Shown in pieces: positions 37,314 to 50,165 of a stretch of DNA of 64,000 nt (position 1 is its first letter; each line of letters starts with the position of its first letter). The notes beneath the pieces are model-generated. The model searched no databases. It was not told the origin of the DNA and was given only the letters and a program-made list of their open reading frames with translations. Source of the DNA: Eledone cirrhosa (Eukaryota); contig OZ024743.1 in NCBI GenBank assembly GCA_964016885.1, positions 278,628,001-278,692,000 on the forward strand. The letters are read 5' to 3'. The position numbers were made by a program, and so were the translations under genes.

Positions 37314-40265
37314 ATGGCCGTATTCATGTAACCGTATTCATGTAACCGTTGTCATGCTCAGACAATTTGAACTATCTGACAGGTATCGACTGGACCACAC
37401 GAATGTGCCAATGTGGACATGGTCAAACCGCATTGGGTCATCCAGATCGTATCTCGATAGGGTATTCTGCAGAGAACTAGATAAGGCTAGTATAAGTTGT
37501 CCACAATTTAAAATAGTCGACTACACAGACCACAAACTTGTGATCTGTGAGATCGACATAGACAGACTTCATAGACAAGAACCCGGTTACTGAAAGCTGA
37601 ACGCGTCTTTCCCGGCGCGCAAAGCCTACCGAGATCAGATTAGCGTATTAATTAAGTGGGCGTTGACGGGAGCGGTCGTCAACAACAGGTGGTGGTTCAC
37701 TCTGAAAAGGGTTATTAAAGTAGTGTCGATTTGGTTTAGCAAAGGACTAGTGATAGCGGAAAATAGAGTAGAGGGAGAGCTAGTCAGAAAGCTAGAAGAG
37801 GCGTTTAGGACAGGCATCGAAACCGACGGGCTTGCGGCGAGATTGGCACTCAACCAATTCTTCAACGCAAAACACAAAGGCTGCGTTGTCAGAGCTAGAG
37901 CGCGTGCTCTGAAACAAAACACGAGGGGACAAAAGCTGTCCAATGGGCCCGGGTGGCAGAGGCACGACTAGGCAACAAAGCCAAAATTCGGTCTTTATGT
38001 GACCAAAACGGGCGCGTGTTGCTCGAACCCGAGCAAATGTGTGAAGCTTTTCAGCAACACTTTGCTGAACTGTTCGGGAGCAGCAGCGGGCCGGATCGGG
38101 ATATGGACTTCAGTGCATACCTCGACGGACTGCCTCGGCTCTCGACGACCGCACCACAGTGTTGCGAAAAGCCAATAACAGCCGGTGAAATACGGGAAGC
38201 GATGGCTAACTGCACGAGGGGTAAATCGCCAGGTTTGGATGGTCTGCCCTATGAGCTTTATGCATTTATGCCAGACTTGTTCGGTGACCTGTTGACAGAC
38301 GTCTGCTGCAACTAGCAGCAGAACGGGAGCATTCCCAGTTTTGTGAGCCGGCGAGCGGTGGCGCTCCTGAGAAAAGACCCGAACAAGGGTGATATTACCG
38401 ATAACATCGGGCCCATAACCCTGCTAAACGCAGATTTCAAGATTTTGGCCATGGTGTTAGCAACGAGGTTGGCGCTTGTCGTCAAGGGTCTGGTGGGAGA
38501 GGCGCAGACATTCGCCATTCCGGACAGATCCATACACGAAAACCCCCACCTTATGCGATACATCATAGAGAGGGTCGTTAAGGAACGTGGCACGTGTGGT
38601 GCCCTGATCAACTTGGATCAATCCAAATCATTCGATAGGGTCGACCATCGGTACCTGGCGGCGGTCCTCGAGGCAGCCGGTTTCGGGCCCGTTTTCAGGG
38701 GTTGGATCAGCGACATCTTCTCAGTTGTGAGGGTGAACGGTCACCTGTCGCAGCCGTTCAGCATCATGCGCTTGGTCCGCCAGGGTTGTCCCCTCTCGTC
38801 CCTCTTGTACGTATTGGCTCTCGAGCCGTTACTGCACAAACTGGAGCGATGATGGGCGTCCCACGCGAAGTACGATGCAGGGGAACTACGAGTCAGCTTA
38901 CGCCGACACGTCACAGTGGTGGTGTCGAGCACCAGACATGTCCAGGTGCTAAGCACCGCTCTCAAGGAATACGAAGCGGTGACAAGAGCAAAGATAAACC
39001 AGGAAATGTTGGTGGGCTTGCAGCTCGGCATCTGGAGAGGCAAGTCCATGCCGTCCGATAGCGTCGTGGGGCGTTCGACGGACGGACCAGTTAAATTTCT
39101 CAGGGTCTGGTTCGGAGCCGACCTCCAGATGGAGCGAGGTGACGAGCAAGGTGGCCTCCCTCACCCAGAAATGGGCCGAGAGGAAGCTGTCCCTAAAAGG
39201 CCGGGCGGAGGTAGCGAATGCGTACATCTCATCCGTCATCTGCTACCGCCTCACCGTCGTCCCTTTCCCCGGCCCAACTCTCACCAAAATGGATCGCCTC
39301 CTCTTCCGCTTTTTGTGGAAGGGACGCGCTCACATGGTCAGACGATCCATCTGCTGTCAACAACTGTGGCGTGGAGGACTGGGCATACCATGACTGATGA
39401 TGCGCAAACATGCGCTGAGGCTGCGACATCTCTGGTGCTTCCTTGATGGTGAACAGGTGTGGTCACCGTCGCCAGGCACGTTTTCCCACAGCTCTTCTCC
39501 TTGGGGGAGCTGCAGTCCTGGGTCAGGAAAAGACCGAGGGATAGCGCTGGAAAACTAGAATGTCTCCAGGCGCTCACTGCCCTCTGCCAGCTGGGCACCA
39601 GTATCGGTGGAACATCCACCTCGGCGTTCTATAGAGGACTAGTGGAGGGGAAGAGCGACGACGTTCTCGGAGAGATCCTGGGCGTCGAAGAAGATCAGCT
39701 GTTTGCACTCTTCCGGAGAACTTTCAGCCCAGGACCTATGGATAACTTCCAAAAATCTCTGGCCTGGCAGTGCTAGCGGGGAGCGTTGCCGGTTCGAGAT
39801 AAGCTCTACAGGCACGAAAGTGCGGGCAGCCGAGCCTGTCCGAGATACGCGCAGGGCGACGAAACCGTCGTGCACGTACTCGTTCAGTGCCCGAGTATTG
39901 CTGACTTTGGAGCTATGTCGAACAGCTGCTGTCGCGTGTAGGACTGATCCGGTTATCGACTGATCCTTTGTGCAGATAGTCTCGCCGTCTTCCTTCGAGA
40001 GGGAACGGAATGTGGTTTTCATCTGCCAGGTGGCCATGGCGAAAGAGATTGTGTGGTGGACAAGGTTGAAAGGGTTAAAGACAGACACTTTCCTCTTCGG
40101 TGAATCCCTAATTAACTTTTTCAAGTTTCACTTAAAGAGGAAAATCAGGGTGGAGAGGCAAGTGCTGCCGTCTAGCAAGTTTGTTGAAAGGTGGGTGAAT
40201 GTAGGAAAATGGTCCGAGTGAACGGGAAGGACGGCTCTGAATATATGCCTGTCGTTTGAGAAATG
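37314..40265 (+). pseudogene. LINE A ORF2 (partial APE endonuclease, RT, CCHC)
   Basis: WTW..SYLDR..TDHK; GKSPGLDGLPYE; ITLLNADFKIL; LDQSKSFDRVDH; RQGCPLS; frameshifted AYAD(D); CPR..ETVVHVLVQC. The N-terminal part of the endonuclease is deleted. Confidence 0.92.
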
Positions 40266-40601
40266 GAAAACTTGAGAGAGGGTGCTTGCCCTGGTGGTCA
40301 GGGTGGCCGTGGACTTTTGTGTGGTTTTCGCCACGAGTAACCCTCGGGGAATTTTCCCCTATTGGGGAATTTTTCGTTGTTTCAATATTCATTTTTATTG
40401 TTTATATATATGTTTCTATGTCTTTTTTTTCTTTTCTTATATAAATAATAAACATCTTTACACGGACAAAACCCACATCGTACCGTCCTGTACCGTCCTG
40501 TACCGTCGTGTACCGTCCTGTACCGTCCTGTGCCGTCTGTAATGTTTTTCTTGATGTCAGCCCTTGTGGCCAATAAAGAAATCATTATTATTATTATTAT
40601 T

Positions 40602-40800
40602 GGATGGATTGGCGGTATCGGTAGAGGGTCGGACGCCATGCTTTCCAGCATAGTTACGTCCCTTTATGATCTGAGTTCAAATCCCGCCGAGGTTGACTTT
40701 GCCTTTCATCCTTACGGGGGCGATAAAATAAAGTACCAGTAATGCACTGGGTGATTGCTGGCCTTGTGCCTAAAGTAGAAACAATTATTATTATTATTAT
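40602..40800 (+). mobile_element. SINE family 1 inserted at the LINE A (ATT)n tail
   Basis: Consensus match, (ATT)n on both sides. Confidence 0.9.
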
Positions 40801-40805
40801 TTTAT

Positions 40806-41219
40806 TCGTGAAAGTATACATGTCGCAGGAAATTTTGTTCCCGTATGTTTGTAAACAGTTTTTTTATTGCGAACTTAATGTAAAAATCATATTGTTTTGT
40901 GTTTAAACACACCCCACTTCTTTTGAAGTGGTCGAAATTAATCGCTATTTAGTCCTTCGGGACTAAATTCCAATTTGAACTTTGCATTTAGCAAATACGT
41001 CCCATCGTGGAAGTATACACGTCGCAGGAAAAAAAAATTTGTTCCCGTAATGTTGGGATTTTGGGGATTTTGAACAGTTTTATTGCCAACTTAGTGTAAA
41101 AATCATATTGTTTTGTATTTAAATACACCTCACTTCGTTTGAAGTGGTCGAAATTAATCGGTATTTAGCCCTTCGGGACTAAATCCTAATTTGAACTTTG
41201 CATTTAGCAAATACGTCCC
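40806..41219 (+). repeat. Two ~200-bp tandem monomers immediately 5' of LINE B ORF1
   Basis: 40806-41002 and 41005-41219; each has ccacttc/gaagtgg and tttagtcc-TTCG-ggactaaa hairpins. Confidence 0.85.
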
Positions 41220-44200
41220 GCTAAAAAAGAAAATGGCGTCATTCAAAAAATCCATTTCCATGCCATGTATTCACTCAAAAATTACCCTTTCAGCAAGATA
41301 TCCTTCTCAACCTTCTTTTTCTTCATCCAGCTGTCAGCGTGGAGTCTCGCTTTCATTTTCGACTTTTCACCGTCCCATAGTCAAGCGAATGCCACTCACC
41401 TCTCTTCTCCATCAAGTAGCAGTCGTGAAGTTGATACATTTGATACATTTGACATCAAAGAAACTAGCAACCGTCAGAGTGGAGTCTCGCTATCCTTTTC
41501 CTCTTCTTCACCAAATAGTAAAAGTCAGGCGAATGCGACTCTTTCCTCTTCACCAAATGGCAGTCTTGAAGCGGCTACTGCTGATACATTTGACAACAAG
41601 GGAGATAGCAGCAGCAGCGGCAGTATTAACAATAACACCTGTGGTAGCAATAGCAACAGCAGCAGCAGCAGCAGCAGCGGCAGCAATAACAATAACACCT
41701 GCGGTAGCAGTAGCGGCGGCAGCAGCAGCAACACTAACAACACCGTTTGTAGGAGTGGCAACAACAACAACAACAGCACGAACAACAATAATACCAGTAG
41801 CAGCAGTAGCGGTGGCAACAATGACACCACTGAAAAAGAGGCTACCTCTCTTGCAAAGGTGACTCGCAACGTAGAAACAATCCTGATCACAGAGGAGGGC
41901 GGTCGCAAGACACATGGTAACCAGAACTGAATTTTTAGTGTCCTTGAAACCACCAACCGACTTCCTGGAGGAACAAGAGCGACGCAGTCTCGCATCGTGT
42001 GGAGAAAGCTTCGGAGGCCCAAATCCAGAGGGCCGTGGGAACTGTGTGGGCACAGAAATCCCACATCACCCGTGGCAAGAAATATGCTACTGTGGACGTC
42101 TTTTTTGCTACCACCCAGGAAGCAAAATCGCACTCACTGAGGACCCTACGGAGTGATGATATAACGTTTATCTCGTTTTACTGCGGGAAAAAAAATTGCA
42201 AAGGTCAAGGTAACCCAGTTCCCGCCCTACGTAGCTGTGCCTTGGCCGGTCGTGTCTGTTCTAGCGGCCATCAAAGATAAAACAAGCATTCTGCTGGTAC
42301 AGAAGTTGGGGTGAGAGGACTGGTCCGGTATTGGAATGGAGATGCTCATCCAAACCGACCAGGACTGCATCAGCGCTATTCCCGATGTAATAGACCTTTG
42401 GAATGGCTCCCAACTTCCCATATCTGTAGAAGGAAGGCGCCCAAAATGCTTCAACTGTGGATCAAAATCTCACTTCAGGGCTTTGTGCCCAAGAAAATAA
42501 CAAAGGCCAAAGTCAGCCTCCTTCCAACGCCGGAACCGCTGCCATCAGAAACAGAGCAGTCAGCGAAAAAGTCGGGAGCTTCTACAGAGAGTAGGAAGAC
42601 AACGTCCGTGGCACCCACACCAAAGCCACGGACAATAAAAACAGTGACGGCAGCTGCAGCAACAGAAACAGTTGCACTAGCTGCACCTGTGCTAGGAGCG
42701 GCAAACCAGGCTCCACTGCCACCACCACGAACAACAACAACAACAACAACAACAAAGACAAATGAGAGGGTGGAACTCATACCTCTTCCGCATCTCTCAG
42801 TCGGACATGGAGTATGAGGAAGCTGAGGAGTGGAAAACGGTTATTAACATAAAAAAAAAAAAAAAACGAAAAATACCACAGCTCCTTTAAATCCCAAAGC
42901 GAAGACAAAGAAAGAAGAATAAAGACTGCAAGGAGACTTGCAGCAACACCACCAAAATCACCATCACCACCACAAGCATCACGACCAACAACAACCACAC
43001 CACAGCCAACATCACCAAAAATACCAACATCACAAACACAACAAAGCACACATACCCAACAGCAACAAGAAGAAAACAGCAACAAAACCACCCCTCCCGC
43101 CAAAAGTACACAGACATAAACATTGCACACCAAGGACTAATGGAACACATAAAACACCACACCGATATTTCAGACGTAAATTACCACACACCACCAAAAA
43201 CATTATCAAAAAACATTAACATTGTAGAAATTGAACTCGAAAACTACAGACAATTAAAACAAAATTTCCCCAACGTAGTTGGTGATTTCAGGGTGTCAAC
43301 CTCCAAAGGAATCTACAAAGATATCGTATTGGAGACACCCATGACCATCGGAGGGGACGGTTCTACTGTCCCTTCCCCACACGATCAAGGTAAGTGATCC
43401 TTTCTCACTTGCCCCGTTCCTCATCCAACATGGCCGTACTTAGAATAGGCAGCATAAATGCACGTGGCTTGGGGTCATCTTTGAAGCAGGGTCACCTGTT
43501 CAACGACCTCAGGTCACTAAACATAGATGTGGTGGCCATCAGCAAGACCAGAATCTCCGAAGCACGAGACTTCGCACCGATCTTCTGCGGCTACGATGTA
43601 AACGCATCTCCTAGCCGTCCAGGATCGGGGGTAGGAGTTGTTGTGCTGTTTCGGAGAGGCTTGGATCTCGCCATACGGGCCATCTTCCTGGACCCAGAAG
43701 GTAAGTCGGGGTTGCTGGATGTGACCGGCAGCGAAGGCAATGCTTTCAGAATAGGAGCCGTCTACGCTCAAACAGGGACAGGACGGCCAGATTTCTTCAG
43801 ACGTCTAGAGAACTTTCTTGGAACGTCCCGCTTTAGTCCCGTGTTATTGAGCGACTGGAACGGTATCTTAGATGCACGCTGCGATTTTGGGGGCTAGTAG
43901 ACTCGACAGGAGGGTGTAAAAGCCTCACCAGCCTGCTCAGACGTTTTGAACTATCTGACAAGTATAGACTGGATTATCCGAATGTACCAATGTGGACATG
44001 GGCAAACCGCATCGGGTCATCCAGATAGTATTTATATAGGGTATTCTGTAGGAAAACAGATAAGGCTAGTGTAAGTTGTCCACAATTCAAATTCGGGAGC
44101 AAAGGGATTGGCGCTTGTCGTCGGAGATCTGGTGGGAGAGGCGCAGACATGCGCCATTCCGGAAAGATGCATCCACGACAACCTCCATCTCATGCGATAC

Positions 44201-45147
44201 ATCATAGAGAGGGTGGTTAAGGAACCTGGCACGGGTGGGGACCTGATCTAATTGGATCATTCAAAACATTTGATAGGTTCGACCATCGGTACCTGGCTGC
44301 GGTACTCGAGGAGGCCGGCTTTGGGCCCGTTTTTAGAGGCTGGATCGTTGGGATGCACAGCGACATCTGCTCGATTGTGAGGGTGAATGGTCACCTGTCG
44401 CAGCCGTTCAGCATCATACCTTCGGTCCGCCAAGGTTGTCCCGTCTTGTCCCTCTTGTACGTACTGGCCCTCGAGCCATTACTGCACAAATTGGAGACCA
44501 TGAGGCGGGTACCTCGTGAACTGGTATGCGGAAGAATCGGATCGGCTAACACCGACGACGTCACCAGGCTGGTGTCGAGCACCAAACTCGTCCAGATGCT
44601 CGGCACCGCTCTCAAGGAATACGAAGCGGTGACAGGAGAAAAGATAAACCACAAAAAGTCGGTAGACTTGCAACTCGGTACCTGGAGAGGCAAGTTCATG
44701 CCGTCCGACAGCGAAAGAGATAGTATGGTGGACACGTTTGAAAGGGCTGATGACGAGCACTTACCTCTTCGGTGATGCCCTGATTAACTTTTTCAAATTT
44801 CATTTGAAAAGGAAAATCAGGGTAGAGAGGGAAGTGCTCACTTCCCAGCATTTTGTTGAAAGATGGGTGAGAGAAGCAAGTATGGCCCGAATGAATGGGC
44901 CTTCTCTGAGTATGTGTCTGTAAATTAAAGGTGGAAAACTGGGAGAGGGCACTTGCCCAGGTGGTCAGGGTCACTGTGGTCTTTTAATGGGCTTTCTCCA
45001 CAAATGACCCTCGGAAGTCTCCCCCCTATTGGGGAATTTTTCTTTGTTATTTTATTACATCCTCTGTTTTTTTACACGCAGAAATGCCCATTTGTACCGT
45101 CCTGTATTGTCCTGTACTGTCCTTAATGTCTACTTTATGTAAACCCA
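41220..45147 (+). mobile_element. L1/Tx1-clade LINE, copy B (two internal deletions)
   Basis: ORF1 ~41233-43397 (CFNCGSKSH knuckle); ORF2 from 43430 MAVLRIGSINARGL; jumps at ~44093 and ~44712; 3' UTR. Confidence 0.9.
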
Positions 45148-45149
45148 TT

Positions 45150-47267
45150 AAGAAGTGACGACTTCACACTCATCCCAAGCTATTGTGGCCAGAGACTTGT
45201 GAAGATCAGGATGACCCACGTCCCACCGGCCATCGACATTTCCTGGCTAATGGCTGCCGTCCTCGCCGGCATGGAGGCCAACACCAAAATAATAGAAATA
45301 GCAAAAGAAAAGCAGGAGAACTGGTCCGGATCTGGGATGGAGCTCCTGATCCAAGCGGACCATAAAAGCATTGAGGAGATCCCAGAGGTAATAGACCTCA
45401 CTGACATCGGAGACTTCCGACAAACACTCTCCAGGAGGATTTATAAGGACATCCTTCCAGAGGAGGCCACAAGCAGTGATAAGGATGGACAAACCATCCT
45501 TCCTCTACGAGAAGTAAGGTAAGTGGTCTTTCCCATCTTTTCCACTCCATTTCAACATGACCTCACTCAGAATAGGCAGCATAAATGCGCGTTGCTTGGG
45601 GTCGTCATAGAAGCAGGGCTACCTGCTCAACGACCTCAGCTCACTAAACATAGCGAGACCAGATCTCCGAAGCACGGGCCTTCGCACCAATCTTCGGCGG
45701 CTACGATGTGTACGCATCTCCCAGCCGACCGGGATCGGGGGGAGGAGTTGGTGTGCTTTTTCGGAGAGGTTTGGATCTCGCCATACGGGCCATCTTCCTC
45801 GATCAAGAAGGTAAGTTGGTGGTGCTAGACGTGACTAGCGGAGACGGGCAAGCTTTCAGGCTAGTGGCCGTCTATACCCCGACAGGAGCAGGGCGGCCTG
45901 ATTTCTTCCGGCGTCTGGAGAGCTTTCTTGGAAGGTCCCGCTCTTTAGTGTTAGTGGGCGACTGGAACGGGGTCTTAGATGCACGCTGGGACTGTGTGGG
46001 ATTTGCGGATAGGGGAGGAGGGTGCAAGAGCCTCACCAACCTGCTCAGGTGTTTTGAACTGTCTGACAGGTACCGATTGGATTTCCCGAATGTGCCAATG
46101 TGGACTTGGACAAATCGCATAGGGTCATCCAGATCATATCTAGATAGAGTATTTTGTAAGGAAATAGATAGGTCTAGCATAGGCTGTCCACAATTCAAGA
46201 TAGTCAGCTACACGGACCATAAATTCGTGATCTGTGTGCTTGACTTAGATAGGCTTCATAGACGAGGACCCGGCTACTGGAAGCTAAACGCGTCCTTTCC
46301 AGCGCTCAAGGCCTACAGAGACCGGATTAGCGAACTAGTTAAGCGGGCGTTGACGGGGGCCATCGTCAACAACAAGTGGTGGTTTGCTCTGAAAAGAGCA
46401 ATTAGAATAGAGTCCATTAGGTTTAGTAAGGCTTTAGCAATAGAGAAAAATAGAACAGAAGGAGAATTAGTTAGAAAATTAGACGAGGCGCTTTGCAAAG
46501 GCATCGCGACCGACGTACTCGCGGCGAAATTGGCCCTTGACCAATTCTTCAATGCAAAGCACGAAGGCTGCGTTGTCAGAGATAGGGTGCATGCTCTCAG
46601 ACACGAGGGGACGAAAGCCGTTCAATGGGCCCGAGTGGCTGAGGCGCGTCGTGACAACAAAGCCACGATCCAGTCTTTGGTGGACCACGACGGGCGCATG
46701 CTACTCGATCCCGGGAAAATGTGTGAAGCTTTTCAGCGACACTTCGCTCAACTGTTCGGGGGCAGCGGCGGGCCGGATCGAGGGATGGACTTTAGTGTCT
46801 ACCTTTTTGTGGAAGGGACGCGCTCCGATGCTCAGGCGGTCCATCTGCTGTCAACACCCACTACGTGGAGGGCTGGGCATGCCGTGGCTGATGATGCGCA
46901 GACACGCGCTCAGGCTGCGACATCTCCACCTCTTCCTCGACGGTGATCAGGTGTGGTCGCCGTTTGCTAGACACGTCTTTCACCAGCTCGTCTCCTTGAC
47001 AGAGCTGCAGTCCTGGGTCAAGCGAAGACCAAGAGGGAGCGCTTGGAGTCTGGAATGTCTTCAGGCGCTCACAGCCCTCGACCAATCGGGCAATGTGATC
47101 GGTGGAAACTCCACCTTGGCGTTCTATAGAGGATTAGTGGAGGGGAAGAGCGACGACGTACTTGGAGAAGCTCCAGGCCATTTTAACGCCCATTTTAACC
47201 GTCCTGTATTGTCCTGTACTGTCCTTAATGTCTACTTCATGTAAACCCTTGTGGTTACTAAAGAAAA

Positions 47268-47314
<47 letters not shown>
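45150..47314 (+). mobile_element. L1/Tx1-clade LINE, copy C (RT deleted)
   Basis: ORF1 pieces, ORF2 ATG 45557, endonuclease plus linker, jumps at ~46803 and ~47172, 3' UTR and (ATT)n. Confidence 0.9.
45557..46803 (+). pseudogene. LINE C APE-type endonuclease plus linker
   Basis: GGGVGVLF, VAVYTP, VGDWN, WTW, SYLDR, TDHK, GPGYWKLN; open from 45708 to the deletion junction. Confidence 0.88.
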
Positions 47315-47315
<1 letters not shown>

Positions 47316-47316
47316 G

Positions 47317-47613
47317 ATGATCTGAGTTCAAATACCGCCGAAGTTAACTTTGCCTTTCATACATCCTTCCGGGGTCGATAGAATAAAGTACCAGTAATGC
47401 ATTGGGTAATTGCTGGCCTTGTGTCAAAAGTAGAAACAATTATTATTATTATTAGCCATGCTTTCCAGCATAGTTACGTCCCTTTACGATCTGAGTTCAA
47501 ATCCCGCCGAGGTTGACTTTGCCTTTCATCCTTACGGGGTCGATAAAATGAAGTACCAGTAATGCACTGGGTAATTGCCGGCCTTTTGCCTAAAGTAGAA
47601 ACAATTATTATTA
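47317..47613 (+). mobile_element. Two 5'-truncated SINE family 1 copies on the LINE C tail
   Basis: 47317-47453 and 47455-47613. Confidence 0.88.
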
Positions 47614-47660
47614 TAATATATATATATATATGTTTGTGTTTAATATATATATTGTGTTTA

Positions 47661-47727
<67 letters not shown>

Positions 47728-49058
47728 GTGTTTGTGTTTAAATGTACAAACAGCCCCAGTCCTAGGAAATTGAGAAATTCTCTCTTATTTAACTTAGTTA
47801 CCCAAAAAATCGACTCCACCAAGCAACGAAGAATGCAAAACATATGAAGTAAAAATTCTGAAGGAGTGTGTTTTGCTCCAACACTGTACTGTTTCTTGTT
47901 CTACCATATTGTATATGATAACAATAATCTCCCTCGAGGATAGTGATCTTATATAAAACAGATGGAAATTTCCTTAGTCTGAATAGCCAAGACTAAAAGC
48001 ATTACAGCATCTGTTATAGAATTACTTTATGCTTATGTGGCAGCTGTCTGTGGAATTTCTAACAGAGATATATAATCTATTGTTAATTCCTTTGAAAACA
48101 CTTGCTGAAAACATGGTCAGACACTCACAGCAATTAACACTAAAATATTCGTCTAGTTCTGATATATATTACAGAATATGTACAGTAAACATCAAGGGCT
48201 GTTGCCTTTTCTTCTTATGTCTGCCCTGAATGTCATTTCTTTTTACGACAGCCCTGATTAACAAACCTGAGATAAAAGGTATTTCAGTCGAAATCAGTCT
48301 CTCTATTTCTTTAAAGATAAAATTTATATTGCTATTGAATGGGATTTGTGTGACATCTAGCTATTCTTTCCAGCATTTTATGCGATCTCGTTAAGGCTTT
48401 CTCCTGAAACGCCATAACAAAGCGGTGTGTTCAAACGAGTACCTTGTGTTGTTTGGATTCGACCGGTTAGGAATATTTAACAGGACAGCTAATTGCTGCT
48501 CAATTTCAAGGCCTGCCTTGAAAAGAGAAGCAGCCTGTGGCCAGTGGGTGCTCACTAAACACATTCACTGACCATACTTATAAGAAGAGAGATACGCTGA
48601 AAGAACCTTCCCAACTGATTGCCCTCATTTAGGCGGGTAGCTATTTCCATCACGTACGCCGCATGATTGTGTTTCCCGACAAGCTGAACATTGCAAGCAT
48701 AAATTAATTGATTTGTAACATAGGCAAAAGTTTAGAACTGTTGGTAGGATGAGGTAAATCGATGAAATTAAACCCTGTATTTAACTATATTTTTTCGACA
48801 CCGAAAAAACGAAAGGTAAAGTTGAGCTCGGAGAGGTGGAATTTACGATGTAAAAACCGAAACAAATACCGTGAGGCATTTTGTTCAACGTTTTAATGAT
48901 TCTATCATTATGGACAGAAAAGAAGAATCAACATCCCATGTATATTTCGCATGTTAACGTATATTTGTTTTAATATGATAGAAGAAAATCAGACACACTA
49001 ATTGTATTTAAAGAACTAAAAAGTAAATAGAAAATAATTTGTGATTATTGTTATTGTT

Positions 49059-49246
49059 GGGCGGTGGATTGGCAGTATCGGTAGAGAGTCGGACATCATA
49101 CTTTGCAGCATAGAGTTACGGCCCTTTATGGTCTAAGCTCAAATCCCGCCGAGGTTAACTTTGCCTTTCATTCTTACTGGGTGGATAAAATAAAGTACCA
49201 GTAATGTACTAGGTAATTGCTGGCCTTTTCCCAAAAAGTAGAAAAG
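49059..49246 (+). mobile_element. SINE family 1, full length with target-site duplication
   Basis: ttattgttattgttggg at 49045-49061 and 49247-49263. Confidence 0.9.
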
Positions 49247-49672
49247 TTATTGTTATTGTTGGGACACAGATTAGTACTGATGAAACCAGCGGACATATAT
49301 TCAAATTCATTCTAACCATGAATATACCGACTTTTTTCTTGGATAATTTGCTCAGAAGACCTTATGGAATGTGTCCTTTTATAAGGAAGTAGGATATTAT
49401 GTAAGGGAAGTTTCCTTGCAATATTTTGGTGCTGACCGGTTGCATAAAGTACCGATATTGGTTCATAACTTTGCGTCTTATTTAAGACCGTATTGATTTC
49501 TGATTTATATTGGGGTTTTTTGTTCATACATAGACACTTTATAGAAAATTTACAAAGCATATTAAGTGACTTAATATTCACTACCTTAAAAGGCTGTAGT
49601 TTACCAAACGAAATTGTTCAGCCAAATATATAACCAGACACTGTTTTAAATGAGTCTTTGCAATATCAGTTT

Positions 49673-49760
49673 GTATATCTGACGAGTGTCGAAGAAGAGT
49701 CGGGTCACGTCATTTTGATTCTAACGTGAGCTGATTGATTTCGAATCAATTGTAATGTAC
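49673..49760 (+). ncRNA. Degenerate HHR with long stem II
   Basis: gtatat-CTGACGA(49679-49685)...agtcgg-g-tcacgt..acgtga-g-ctgatt...GAAT-CAATTG-TA-atgtac. Confidence 0.5.
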
Positions 49761-49871
49761 CAATAAAGTTTGTACATATGCCGCAACACTGACTTCGATT
49801 CTACTTACTCTCTCTTTCTCTCTTTCTCTCTTTCTCTCTTGCTCTCTCTCTATCTATCTATATATGTATAT

Positions 49872-49913
<42 letters not shown>

Positions 49914-49944
49914 GAGATGAGAGATAGAGAGAGAAAGCGAGCGG

Positions 49945-50009
<65 letters not shown>

Positions 50010-50133
50010 CATACAAAACCCTATGTTAATTCAAACGAGCTATCAAGCTATCATTAAGATATCCTGTTCGCGTTAATATATGTATGTACACACACACTCG
50101 CACACACACACACGCACACACACACACACACAC

Positions 50134-50165
<32 letters not shown>

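Larger units (their letters stand above)
35230..40601 (+). mobile_element. L1/Tx1-clade LINE, copy A (near full length, degenerate)
   Basis: ORF1, ORF2 and 3' UTR with (ATT)n tail. Confidence 0.93.

Noticed and set aside
35032-40601. LTR retrotransposon reading of LINE A with its direct repeats
   Set aside because: APE endonuclease and L1-type RT; no integrase, protease, primer-binding site or TG..CA termini
40910-40945. Hairpin-GAAA-TTAA-TC resembling an HHR 3' half in the LINE B monomers
   Set aside because: No CUGANGA upstream in either monomer
49312-49581. 89-aa ORF as a host exon or Penelope protein fragment
   Set aside because: Only a weak LLPY-type resemblance next to an HHR remnant; not enough to call without a profile search
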